From positions 22,273 to 65,505 of the forward strand of contig JAGTQL010000001.1 in NCBI GenBank assembly GCA_018396555.1: a stretch of 43,233 nucleotides of DNA. The letters run 5' to 3'. A program made the translations under genes and the position numbers. The DNA is from Candidatus Bathyarchaeota archaeon (GTDB lineage Archaea > Thermoproteota > Bathyarchaeia > Bathyarchaeales > DTEX01). Each line of letters starts with the position of its first letter. Position 1 is the first letter of the stretch. This document shows, one piece after another, positions 8,597-16,254 of this stretch. The notes under the pieces were generated by a model. The model worked only from the letters and a program-made list of their open reading frames with translations. It was not told the DNA's origin and made no database searches.

Positions 8597-10621
8597 CTAC
8601 TTCCTCGCTTTGACGCGCCATATGACTATCCCCGCTATGGCTGCGCCGGCTGCGGCGACTATTATTATGAAGTTTAGGGTGCCCAGTCCGAAGAAGGGTT
8701 TTTTAGCGATATATATCGTTTCTGTCACTGTTTGGTAGGCTTCAAGCGTTATTTCTATGCTTCCCTCCTCGTATCCTCCTTTTGCTGCTTTGAATCTGTA
8801 TGATCCAGCTGGGATACCCATGAATGTTACGGAGCCGTCTTCGCCGGTTGTGCTGCTTAGGGATGAGATCCCGCCTGGCTGCGATGTTGAGGTGACCTCT
8901 GCCTCTGACACCGGGTTTCCATCTCTATCCTTAACGTATAGGCGGATGACCCCGATTGGGGCCGCTGGGACAACTGTTATCTGGATTTTTCCAGATCCGC
9001 TTATTAGCCCGGTTTTAGAGGCATCCACTGAGATTGTGCATATTGTTTTCGAGTATACGGTTGGAGCTGTGAAGACAACTGTGTAGTATCCATTTCTTTC
9101 ATCTGTTACTGATGATAGGATCCCGCCGCTGTCTGAGGAGATTTTTATCGCCGCGCCTGGAACAGGGGTTACGTTGTTGGCTGAAACGTATATTCTTATT
9201 GTGGATTGCTCCCTAGATTTTATAGAGTCGGGGTTCGCTGTGGCTGAAACATACAGTTTGTATTCGTCTATAATATACGTTGTCATTTTTGTTTTTCCTA
9301 AAGCGTAGCCTGCTGCGATGGCTGTGATTTCTGTTGAGCCAGCTGTAATTGTTGAGTGGAAGGCTGCGGTGGAATATGTTTCGCCGTATTGGATGACCAT
9401 TGTTTGATCCACGTATCCCACGTCGGTGACGGATGAAAATAAGCTTACGCTTACGTTCCCTGTGGGGTCTCTTGCCGGTGTTCCCTTATCATCCTGGAGC
9501 TGCACTATAACCGCCTTATAGGAGCGGTCGTCAGCTGGAAGCGATGAGGGGGCAACGTAAACCGCGAGCCTTGAGGGAATAGGCCCCACCGTTGTTACGG
9601 ATTCTTTGCTGCTCATGTAGCCGGTTGCTGCAGCCGTTATTTCGGTTCTTCCAGACTTGAACGTTGAGTAGAACTTCGCCACGGCGCATGTTTCTCCCCT
9701 ACTTATTATGATTGACTCGTCGACTCTTCCAACGCTGATGTCTGATGAGGACAGCGACACAATTATGTTGTTTTCCGCCCTGGCTATGTTACCTTTTGAG
9801 TCCTGAAGTTGGATGGCGATCGCCTCGTATATGATGCCTTCGGCTGGAACACTTGGGGGGCTGACGAAAACCTCAAGTTTTGTTGCTTTTTCAGCGGAGA
9901 CATTTTGCGTTTTGACTGTGGCTTGCGCTGAGGAGTAGCCCTGCGCCATAGCCGTTATTGTTGTTGTTCCAGCATCGTTAGTTGTATAGAATCTAGCCAC
10001 AGCACATGTTTCTCCGCCCTTTATAATCACCGAGGGATCGGTTGTGCCAACCATGCTGTTAGAGGATGATAGTGTCACCCTTACGTCTCCTATCGGTGCT
10101 TTCGCCGGTGAACCGCCTGAATCCTGCAGCTGCACTATTATGGCGTCATATGCGCCCCTGTCGGCTGGGAGAACCGGTGGGAGCACGTAAACCGCGAGCT
10201 TTGAGGGTATCGGCCCAACTGTTGTTATGGGTTCCTGGACTGTTGCGAATCCTGAGGCTGCCGCCGTTATTGTTGTTGTTCCAGGCGTGTAGGTTGAGTA
10301 GAATTTGGCTGAGGCGTATGTTTCCCCTTTACGTATTGTGATCACCGGGTCAACTGACCCTATGTATGTGTTTGAGGATGATAGGTGGATTTCTATGTCT
10401 TCCGTTGCTCTCGCCGGCTTGCCCTTTGCGTCCTGTAACTGCACGAATATGGCTTCGTAAACTCTGTTGTCGGCGGGAACCTTAGGTGGGCCAACGTATA
10501 TTTTCAGTTTTGATGGCTGCGATGAGGCGGGTGTGATGAAGAGGCTTATGTTAAGCGTTATGTAGAGGCATATGGATGCGAGAAGAACGATTGCTAACTT
10601 AGAGGGGGTTTTAACTGGCAT
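8597..10621 (-). CDS. Cell-surface protein: signal peptide, 4 tandem Ig-like repeats, a further Ig-like domain, a CarboxypepD_reg-like domain and a C-terminal TM anchor
   Basis: The N-terminal hydrophobic signal is KLAIVLLASICLYITL. There are four ~105-aa repeats (..Y[VF].PP.[VL]PA....Y.A[IV].[VI]QLQD..G.PA........V.LSSS...G..D....I..GET.A.A.FY[ST]T...G.T.ITA.A.GY). The later part reads IRLYVKDRDGNPV...GEDGSVTFMGIPAGSYRF. The terminal TM segment plus RVKARK forms the anchor. Confidence 0.8.
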   Translation of the reverse strand: MPVKTPSKLAIVLLASICLYITLNISLFITPASSQPSKLKIYVGPPKVPADNRVYEAIFVQLQDAKGKPARATEDIEIHLSSSNTYIGSVDPVITIRKGETYASAKFYSTYTPGTTTITAAASGFATVQEPITTVGPIPSKLAVYVLPPVLPADRGAYDAIIVQLQDSGGSPAKAPIGDVRVTLSSSNSMVGTTDPSVIIKGGETCAVARFYTTNDAGTTTITAMAQGYSSAQATVKTQNVSAEKATKLEVFVSPPSVPAEGIIYEAIAIQLQDSKGNIARAENNIIVSLSSSDISVGRVDESIIISRGETCAVAKFYSTFKSGRTEITAAATGYMSSKESVTTVGPIPSRLAVYVAPSSLPADDRSYKAVIVQLQDDKGTPARDPTGNVSVSLFSSVTDVGYVDQTMVIQYGETYSTAAFHSTITAGSTEITAIAAGYALGKTKMTTYIIDEYKLYVSATANPDSIKSREQSTIRIYVSANNVTPVPGAAIKISSDSGGILSSVTDERNGYYTVVFTAPTVYSKTICTISVDASKTGLISGSGKIQITVVPAAPIGVIRLYVKDRDGNPVSEAEVTSTSQPGGISSLSSTTGEDGSVTFMGIPAGSYRFKAAKGGYEEGSIEITLEAYQTVTETIYIAKKPFFGLGTLNFIIIVAAAGAAIAGIVIWRVKARK
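9256..10516 (-). repeat. Four diverged tandem coding repeats (~320-330 bp each) inside the surface-protein gene
   Basis: The repeat periodicity is visible in the translated ORF (about aa 36-455). The repeats are diverged at the DNA level, so this is not a CRISPR or satellite. Confidence 0.7.
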
Positions 10622-10773
10622 TTCAATCTCACTTATTACAATTCTTCCATGGTTAATATATTAATATTTTTTGAACTTGAAATAAATATTATTAGCCCTA
10701 CCGATGAAATTCTTCGGAGCACGCATAATAGATGCCTCTATATTGCTATGCTTATCAGAAGGCATAAAAGTCT

Positions 10774-10914
10774 ACGCTCATATAAAGGAGACAGTACATA
10801 GCTTCTAAATTATATTCTTCTTCATAATTTCTGTTCCAGCAAAGCCTGTTTTGGTCTTATTTTGGAGGAATTATTAAATGAAAAAACCATGTATCATCAG
10901 CTTAATATGAACAA
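10774..10914 (-). mobile_element. MITE copy A (141 bp, one terminal repeat decayed), flanked by the AAGTCT duplication
   Basis: It is the reverse complement of the 28252-28393 element, about 85% identical by eye. The left end is ACGCTCATATAAAG. The right end is degraded (CTTAATATGAACAA). Direct repeats AAGTCT lie at 10768-10773 and 10915-10920. Confidence 0.75.
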
Positions 10915-11010
10915 AAGTCTAAAGAAAACAGTTAAACATGCGTTAGAAATAGTTATAAAAAACCCTAGTTCCCATCAAATTTAAGTTCTCATCTTGGCTA
11001 GATTAGGTTT

Positions 11011-11526
11011 ATGAACTATGGTGAGATGGTATCGTTCGTTAAGAGGGCTATATCTGCGGTTGTTGATGTGCATTATCCTAGTAAGGCAAACCATGAGAGG
11101 ATGAGCTTTCATGACCTAATAGCCTTCGCTGTAATGGCTCGCATAGTGTTCTATGGAGCATATAGGAAGGCCCTATAGGTTCTTCGTGGATGAGTTGAAT
11201 CTCTTCCCCAACGTAAGGTACAATAAGGTTGTTGAGAGGCTTAATCGATACGAGGGGCTCCTCATAGGTGCTTAAGGCTATTCAAGCTGGAGGGGAAGCC
11301 ATTCTCGTTGATACTAAGCCTATAGCGACGAAGAAGCTTGTAAGGTTCGGGAGACATGGGAAGAGGGGCGAATCATCCATCATCAAGGAAGAAGAGAGTA
11401 TAGACTATAACCCATTAAAAGGGGGTTCTACGTAGGTTATAAGGCTACATGCTCTACAGATGGGAGATACATAAACCTCCCATCATGTAGATCCAGCCAA
11501 TAAGCATGACCTAACAATCGTAAGGG
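11011..11526 (+). pseudogene. DDE transposase (IS4/IS5-like) remnant with multiple stops and frameshifts
   Basis: The pieces lie in three frames. They read MNYGEMVSFVKRAISAVV...MSFHDLIAFAVMARIVFYGAYRKAL*, then FFVDELNLFPNVRYNKVVERLNRYEGLL, then AILVDTKPIATKK, GYKATCSTDGRYI and VDPANKHDL. The (vDt-pi / GYK-h / pAN-hD) motifs are typical of DDE_Tnp_1 transposases. Confidence 0.6.
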
Positions 11527-11701
11527 GGAGGAGGGATGAAATAGAGAAAAGAGAAATAAGATCTTTGATAAAGGCTTCTTCTCAGTTAAAATGCGAGGAT
11601 TTGTTAATAATAACATGGGATTACGAGGATGAAATTAAGGTAGAAAACAAAAAATAGTTTTAAAACCTTTGTGGAAATGGTTGCTTGGAATTAGCAAGTG
11701 A
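11527..11701 (+). pseudogene. AAA-ATPase (DUF4143-type) C-terminal remnant
   Basis: ...EIEKREIRSLIKASSQLKCEDLLIITWDYEDEIKVENKK* is followed by KPLWKWLLG. This is the characteristic C-terminal tail of that archaeal ATPase family. It is fused in frame to the transposase remnant. Confidence 0.45.
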
Positions 11702-11864
11702 ATTCCTAGAAGATGCGAAACTATGCCTAGCGCACTTAAGACTAAGATCCGCCGTAAACAATGCCTACTACGCTATGTTCCATGCATTTGCAAGCAATCC
11801 TAGCAGTTAAGGGAGTAAGCCCTCAAAAACCCATAAGGAAATAAGAGAAAAGCTCATGAAGTAG
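11685..11864 (+). pseudogene. HEPN-domain gene remnant (frameshifted)
   Basis: LELASEFLEDAKLCLAHLRLRSAVNNAYYAMFHAFAS... After a shift it continues AILAVKGVSPQKPIRK*. The avn-aYYAmFha-x-AlL-x-x-G pattern is the HEPN N-terminal half. Confidence 0.5.
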
Positions 11865-11912
11865 AAATAGAAAGCGATTTAGTGCAGAATTAACGGAATT
11901 TTGCTTTCGGAC

Positions 11913-11975
11913 AAAAAATTTTGGAGATAAATGTTTGGAATACCCTCCATAGGCAAGAAATATTCCTAAAAATAT
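11913..11975 (+). repeat. Ectopic ~63-bp copy of an internal segment of the downstream methyltransferase gene
   Basis: TTGGAGATAAATGTTTGGAATACC (11921-11944) is identical to 12945-12968. It is followed by CAAGAAATATT, shared with 13001-13011. The upstream copy lacks the 22 nt that separate the two blocks in the gene. Confidence 0.7.
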
Positions 11976-12095
11976 CATATTTCTTAAATTATTAAGGAAT
12001 ATGAATGCCGGCCTAATTTTGTCATAGGAAATGGGTGGAAAATTAATTAGAGGCGAGAGGAAAAAATAAAATAATATGAGAAAGCTGCGGAGTTA

Positions 12096-13853
12096 ATGGA
12101 AGTGGAGGAGACTCTTGATCGATTGCTTAATCTAGGTGTAAAACGTGAGAGAAAACCTATTTCTAAGGTTGTGAAAGCAAAACCTCATAGTCCAGTCTAT
12201 ACTATGCATAAATTTTGGGCTCGTAGGCCATATAATGTATTCGCTGAGCTCATTAATCACTATTCGGAGCCCGGTGACATTGTGCTGGATCCGTTTTGCG
12301 GCGGCGGGGTCACGGTTGTCGAGTCGCTCCGTCTTAGGAGGAAGGTTGTGGGGGTTGATGTAAATCCTCTGGCAACCTATGTTACCGAAATGGAGGTTAG
12401 GCCGCTAAACATTGAGAATTTTTGGCGGGAATTTGAGAAGATAAAAAATAGGTTGGAGCCTGAATTTTCCGAGTTATATAGAACTGCGTGTCCCCTATGC
12501 AGCGGCAGAGCGATTTTTGATTGGATGGAGTGGGCGGGAGATGAACCGACGAAAATGAAGTATATTTGTCCGAAATGTGGGGCAGGTATAAAAGAGGCAA
12601 CGCAAGAGGATGCCGCAATTGCGAGGGGTATAGAAGAAAGTTTTGACAGAATTGTTTCGGAGAGGCAGCTTTGGTATCCTAAGGCCGCTATACCGAAGGG
12701 TGACAAAACCGGTGGCATAATAAATGATGGTTATCAATACTTTTGGCAGCTATTTACAAAAAGAAATCTGCTGGCCTTATCTCTGCTTTATAAGAAAATT
12801 TCCGAGGTAAAAGATCAGGAAGCGAGGGAATTTCTAAAATTTGCTTTTAGTAGTTCTCTTAAATGGGCAAGTAAGCAAAGCCACCTTAGGGGAGGAATTG
12901 TTGAGGGTTGGGCGATGCACGCCTACTGGATATATCCAAAAACTTTGGAGATAAATGTTTGGAATACCTTCTATAGGCGTTGCGTTGCTGTAGCGAGAGG
13001 CAAGAAATATTCTAATATAAATATAGGAAAATATTATAGGAGGGCGGAGTCCTTCAAGGAACTGCTTGACAATAGAGCAGCATGTCTAATATTAACGCAA
13101 TCCTCAACGAATCTTCCAATAGAAGATGAAAGCATTGATGTAGTTATCACGGATCCTCCCTATGGTGGCAATGTTAACTATGGAGAATTAGCCGATTACT
13201 GGACGGTGTGGCTTAACCATGATAAACTTATAGATAAAACTGAAGAAATAATAATTAATAAAAGCCAAAGAAAGGATCTTAACGATTACGAGCATGGATT
13301 AATGCTTGTTTTTAAGGAGTGCTATAGGGTTCTTAAAAAGGGAGGGAGCCTCGTCGCTACCTTCAATAGCAGAAACCTTAATGTGGTAGCTAGCTTCGTG
13401 ATTGCGGCCACGCAGGCAGGGTTCATTCTGCACCCTCAAGGACTGTTATATCAACCGCCAATTAAGGCCTACACTACCACATTCCACGCCATATTCGTAG
13501 GAGCCTTTGTTGGTGACTTCATTTTCACTTTCTATAAGCCAGTAGATCCTAAGGTGAATGAAGCATCCACAACTGCGGATTTAAACAATTTTAAGGAATG
13601 TATAGATGAACTCATTAAAAACCATGTGAATGAAAAGATAACCGAGCCTGAATTAAGAGAGAAAGCATATAAAGTTCTGATACCGTTCTTAGCAGCGCAT
13701 GCACGGACCGATATACGCATGTGCAGAGAAGCCGTCAATTATTTTGAGACGCAAATGAAAAAACTAGAACCTCACTTTAGAGAATTAAGAAAAAGAATTA
13801 TTGAAGAAAGGCGGAAAATCTTCTCCCTAAAACATAAAAGTTTAAGCAGATAA
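12096..13853 (+). CDS. DNA (amino) methyltransferase, alpha-class motif order, DUF1156-like N-terminus and internal Zn-ribbon
   Basis: FWARRPYN lies near the N-terminus. Motif I is VLDPFCGGGVTVVE (12288-12308). CPLCSG...CPKCG is a four-Cys ribbon. Motif IV is VITDPPYGGNV (DPPY at 13152-13163). It is followed by KKGGSLVATFN. Confidence 0.85.
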   Translation: MEVEETLDRLLNLGVKRERKPISKVVKAKPHSPVYTMHKFWARRPYNVFAELINHYSEPGDIVLDPFCGGGVTVVESLRLRRKVVGVDVNPLATYVTEMEVRPLNIENFWREFEKIKNRLEPEFSELYRTACPLCSGRAIFDWMEWAGDEPTKMKYICPKCGAGIKEATQEDAAIARGIEESFDRIVSERQLWYPKAAIPKGDKTGGIINDGYQYFWQLFTKRNLLALSLLYKKISEVKDQEAREFLKFAFSSSLKWASKQSHLRGGIVEGWAMHAYWIYPKTLEINVWNTFYRRCVAVARGKKYSNINIGKYYRRAESFKELLDNRAACLILTQSSTNLPIEDESIDVVITDPPYGGNVNYGELADYWTVWLNHDKLIDKTEEIIINKSQRKDLNDYEHGLMLVFKECYRVLKKGGSLVATFNSRNLNVVASFVIAATQAGFILHPQGLLYQPPIKAYTTTFHAIFVGAFVGDFIFTFYKPVDPKVNEASTTADLNNFKECIDELIKNHVNEKITEPELREKAYKVLIPFLAAHARTDIRMCREAVNYFETQMKKLEPHFRELRKRIIEERRKIFSLKHKSLSR

Positions 13854-14360
13854 TTAAGTAAATACAGGTAAACCTAAAATTTTTAGTATATATTTTTCAA
13901 TATCACCGTATCCCCAGTGGACTCTATCTTTACCTATCGCCCAAAAAGGTTCCTCTCCCCCCTTTCGGTATACGTATGTCTTACCTCCTGCTCTAACAAA
14001 TCTTTCTCTCTCCTCTTTTCCCTCCCTAACCCATGTTTTCGCATCTATGATAAATATATCGCTTAAGTCATCAGGAGTTGATGCCATGAAAACTGGAAAT
14101 TCGTCTATTGCATACCTCTTTTTTGCCGCAGACCACCTAACGGTTGGATACTGCGTCTTGATCTTGCCCCATCTATCTTGACGGACAACTTCAACTTCGA
14201 TCGCAGCTACTTTGCAGTTTTCAAGAAACAGCTCCATATTGTGGTTCCTGCCAGGACCAAGCTCCGCTCGTAATGCTGCGATGTCTAGGAATTTTAGGTT
14301 AGATTTATATACTGCGCTGTTGTGGATAAGGGTATTGTGCAGGGAGAGATTCTTGCACAA
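13854..14360 (-). CDS. Hypothetical protein; weak PD-(D/E)xK-like string, candidate nuclease partner of the methyltransferase
   Basis: The ORF abuts the methyltransferase stop tail-to-tail with 0 nt gap. The tracked start is TTG at 14360. The first ATG is at 14237 (MELFLENCKV..., 127 aa). TPDDLSDIFIIDAKTW could be a nuclease core. I recognised no family. Confidence 0.45.
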   Translation of the reverse strand: MCKNLSLHNTLIHNSAVYKSNLKFLDIAALRAELGPGRNHNMELFLENCKVAAIEVEVVRQDRWGKIKTQYPTVRWSAAKKRYAIDEFPVFMASTPDDLSDIFIIDAKTWVREGKEERERFVRAGGKTYVYRKGGEEPFWAIGKDRVHWGYGDIEKYILKILGLPVFT

Positions 14361-14387
14361 ATAATCTAAAGGAGTTGAGAAAGTAGG

Positions 14388-14528
14388 ATGTCTGAGAGGA
14401 AGATGTATAAGGCTGTTTGCTCCGACTGCGGGCGTGAATGCGAGGTTCCCTTTGAGCCTGACCCAAATAGGCCTGTTTACTGCCGGGACTGCTGGGCTAA
14501 GAGGAGAAGGCAGAGGCGGAGATACTAG
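14388..14528 (+). CDS. Small CxxC-x17-CxxC zinc-ribbon protein with a basic tail (46 aa)
   Basis: Below the ORF-track size cut-off. ATG at 14388, TAG at 14526-14528. The sequence is MSERKMYKAVCSDCGRECEVPFEPDPNRPVYCRDCWAKRRRQRRRY, the conserved archaeal CxxC-x17-CxxC pattern (PF-x-PD-x-x-RPVYC). Confidence 0.65.
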   Translation: MSERKMYKAVCSDCGRECEVPFEPDPNRPVYCRDCWAKRRRQRRRY

Positions 14529-14721
14529 GTTTAAGCGCGCTTAAGAATAGCTTAAGTATAAGTCTTTAAGGGTTTTAACGTTTTTCAGGTTTTGCTAGTT
14601 TTGGGTTTAGCGCGCCATTTTTTCACTTTTTTGCGTGTGTAGTTGAGGGTTTGAAATAGGATGGGTTTAACTCTTGGAATGGATGGGGTCCCTCTCATGC
14701 CACTCTCGCCTGCGGGGTGCG

Positions 14722-14949
14722 CTATTTTTCCTTAAGTTTTTCCATTCTTTCGATTTCACGTTCGATTTTTTCCACGCATGCTTCTCTTACGAACGCTGAG
14801 CGGCTTGGCCAGTAGCCTAGCTCCTTAATGAGTTTGTCAATTTCTTCCAGGACCGGTAGGGGGACTGAGACTGCGCTGAATGCTACTCTGGCTTTTCTTC
14901 TCCCTTTTCTTCTTTTTCTTTCGGGTTCAGAAATTTCTCCAAGGTTCAT
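14722..14949 (-). CDS. Ribbon-helix-helix (CopG/Arc-type) DNA-binding protein
   Basis: A basic N-terminal arm is followed by VSVPLPVLEEIDKLIKELGYWPSRSAFVREACVEKI, a beta-alpha-alpha RHH pattern. Confidence 0.65.
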   Translation of the reverse strand: MNLGEISEPERKRRKGRRKARVAFSAVSVPLPVLEEIDKLIKELGYWPSRSAFVREACVEKIEREIERMEKLKEK

Positions 14950-15175
14950 TTTTTATGCTCCTGCTTTTTAGGGCTTTTCGGACCTGCTTGTCCCTCAGCC
15001 ATGTCGTTAATAATATGAGTTTCCGATATATATGCTTATTTACATAGACGTGTTAAAGATGATGTGAATATTTATGATCGAATGTGTAGAAGCATGTGCA
15101 ATATTCAGAATATATATTGAGAGTTCATAAGTGAATTATGCTACTAAAGTTAAGTGAATTATTGCTGGTGAATTT

Positions 15176-15352
15176 ATGGATGAAGAGGTGCTGCTGATAA
15201 AGATTCCGAGGGAGCTTCTGGATGAAGTAGATAGGCTTACGGAGCTTATGGGCTATGAAACCAGGGAGAAGTTCGTAGAGTCAGCGGTTAGAAGACTTGT
15301 AAACCAATATATGGAGAAAATCAGGCTTGTAGCTGCGCACGCCCAAACATGA
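15176..15352 (+). CDS. Ribbon-helix-helix (CopG-type) protein, 58 aa
   Basis: Below the ORF-track cut-off. MDEEVLLIKIPRELLDEVDRLTELMGYETREKFVESAVRRLVNQY has the same RHH pattern as the divergent neighbour. Confidence 0.55.
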   Translation: MDEEVLLIKIPRELLDEVDRLTELMGYETREKFVESAVRRLVNQYMEKIRLVAAHAQT

Positions 15353-15626
15353 ACAAACATAATTATGAGTAATTATGCATGTGCACCCAAAAGGGGGAAG
15401 AGAGAATCTGCGGAATCATTAAGGGGTACTCACCTATTTTTTAGCTTTCTCCACTTTTAATCCAGTAGAGTGTAAGAACAGCTGCCAAGCGCATTATTTC
15501 AGAGAATTAGCGGCTCAGCAAGAAATTCCCAGGTCTTCATCTCTCTTTTTATAAGCTTAAAAATTTTCAGGGAAAAATAAAAAATGGGAGCTGGGAATTA
15601 AGCCCTGAGACTTGATCTCTGTTCTT

Positions 15627-16076
15627 TTATGGTAGTGTAACGGTTTTCGGGTATTCCTGTCCTCCGGCAGAGTGCAGCCGAACCTCAACGCTGACGCCAG
15701 AAACAAAGGGTTCACCGGAACCAATATTTATTACTATCGTAGTACTGTTGCCCACGCTAAGAGAAATCGGAAGACTCCTAGTAAGAGTAGCATTAAAAGT
15801 GTTGTATGGTTTACCATTTAACAGGACGTTGTCTATTGTTGCGTCGGCTGAACCCGTATTCTTCACATACACAGTTATAGTGAAATTTTTCACCGTAGCA
15901 TTATACTCTGCGTATATGCTGGTTATCTCCAGTTTTTCGTATCTTGTGTATAGTCCCGCTATGCCCCCCATCCAGTATGCGACTGCCACTGCGACGACGA
16001 TTGTTACGGCTACTAGGATTACTGTTGCGACAACAGGGCTTATACCCCGCTTATTTGCGCATAGACGTCTACTCAT
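15627..16076 (-). CDS. Archaeal type IV pilin-like protein (class III signal peptide, DUF1628-like), paralogue 1
   Basis: MSRRLCANKRG|ISPVVATVILVAVTIVVAVAVAYW is a prepilin-type signal. The C-terminal domain reads VKNTGSADATIDNVLLNGKP...VEVRLHSAGGQEY. I chose the second in-frame ATG (16076); the tracked ORF starts at 16109. Confidence 0.75.
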   Translation of the reverse strand: MSRRLCANKRGISPVVATVILVAVTIVVAVAVAYWMGGIAGLYTRYEKLEITSIYAEYNATVKNFTITVYVKNTGSADATIDNVLLNGKPYNTFNATLTRSLPISLSVGNSTTIVINIGSGEPFVSGVSVEVRLHSAGGQEYPKTVTLP

Positions 16077-16115
16077 GCATATCCCTTCAACAATAAGATA
16101 AATGTGCAATTACTG

Positions 16116-16133
16116 ATATAAATATTTAATTAT
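16116..16133 (-). promoter_or_regulatory. Conserved AT-rich promoter (TATA-like) motif upstream of pilin paralogue 1
   Basis: The plus-strand sequence ATATAAATATTTAATTAT lies 40-57 nt upstream of the 16076 start. A near-identical string precedes paralogue 2. Confidence 0.45.
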
Positions 16134-16254
16134 TCTAAAATACTTAATTATGATACTTAACGAAACATCTGAAAATTTAAATAGATAACGCCTTTCACAA
16201 GGCGCACTAAACGCCTAAAAAATAGCCCATAACAGCCTATGATAGCCTGCGATG

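Noticed and set aside
9256-10516. Periodic ~330-bp repetition that could be mistaken for a repeat array or CRISPR
   Set aside because: The periodicity is in-frame coding repetition of an Ig-like domain. The repeats are long and diverged, and there are no short conserved direct repeats with unique spacers anywhere in the window.
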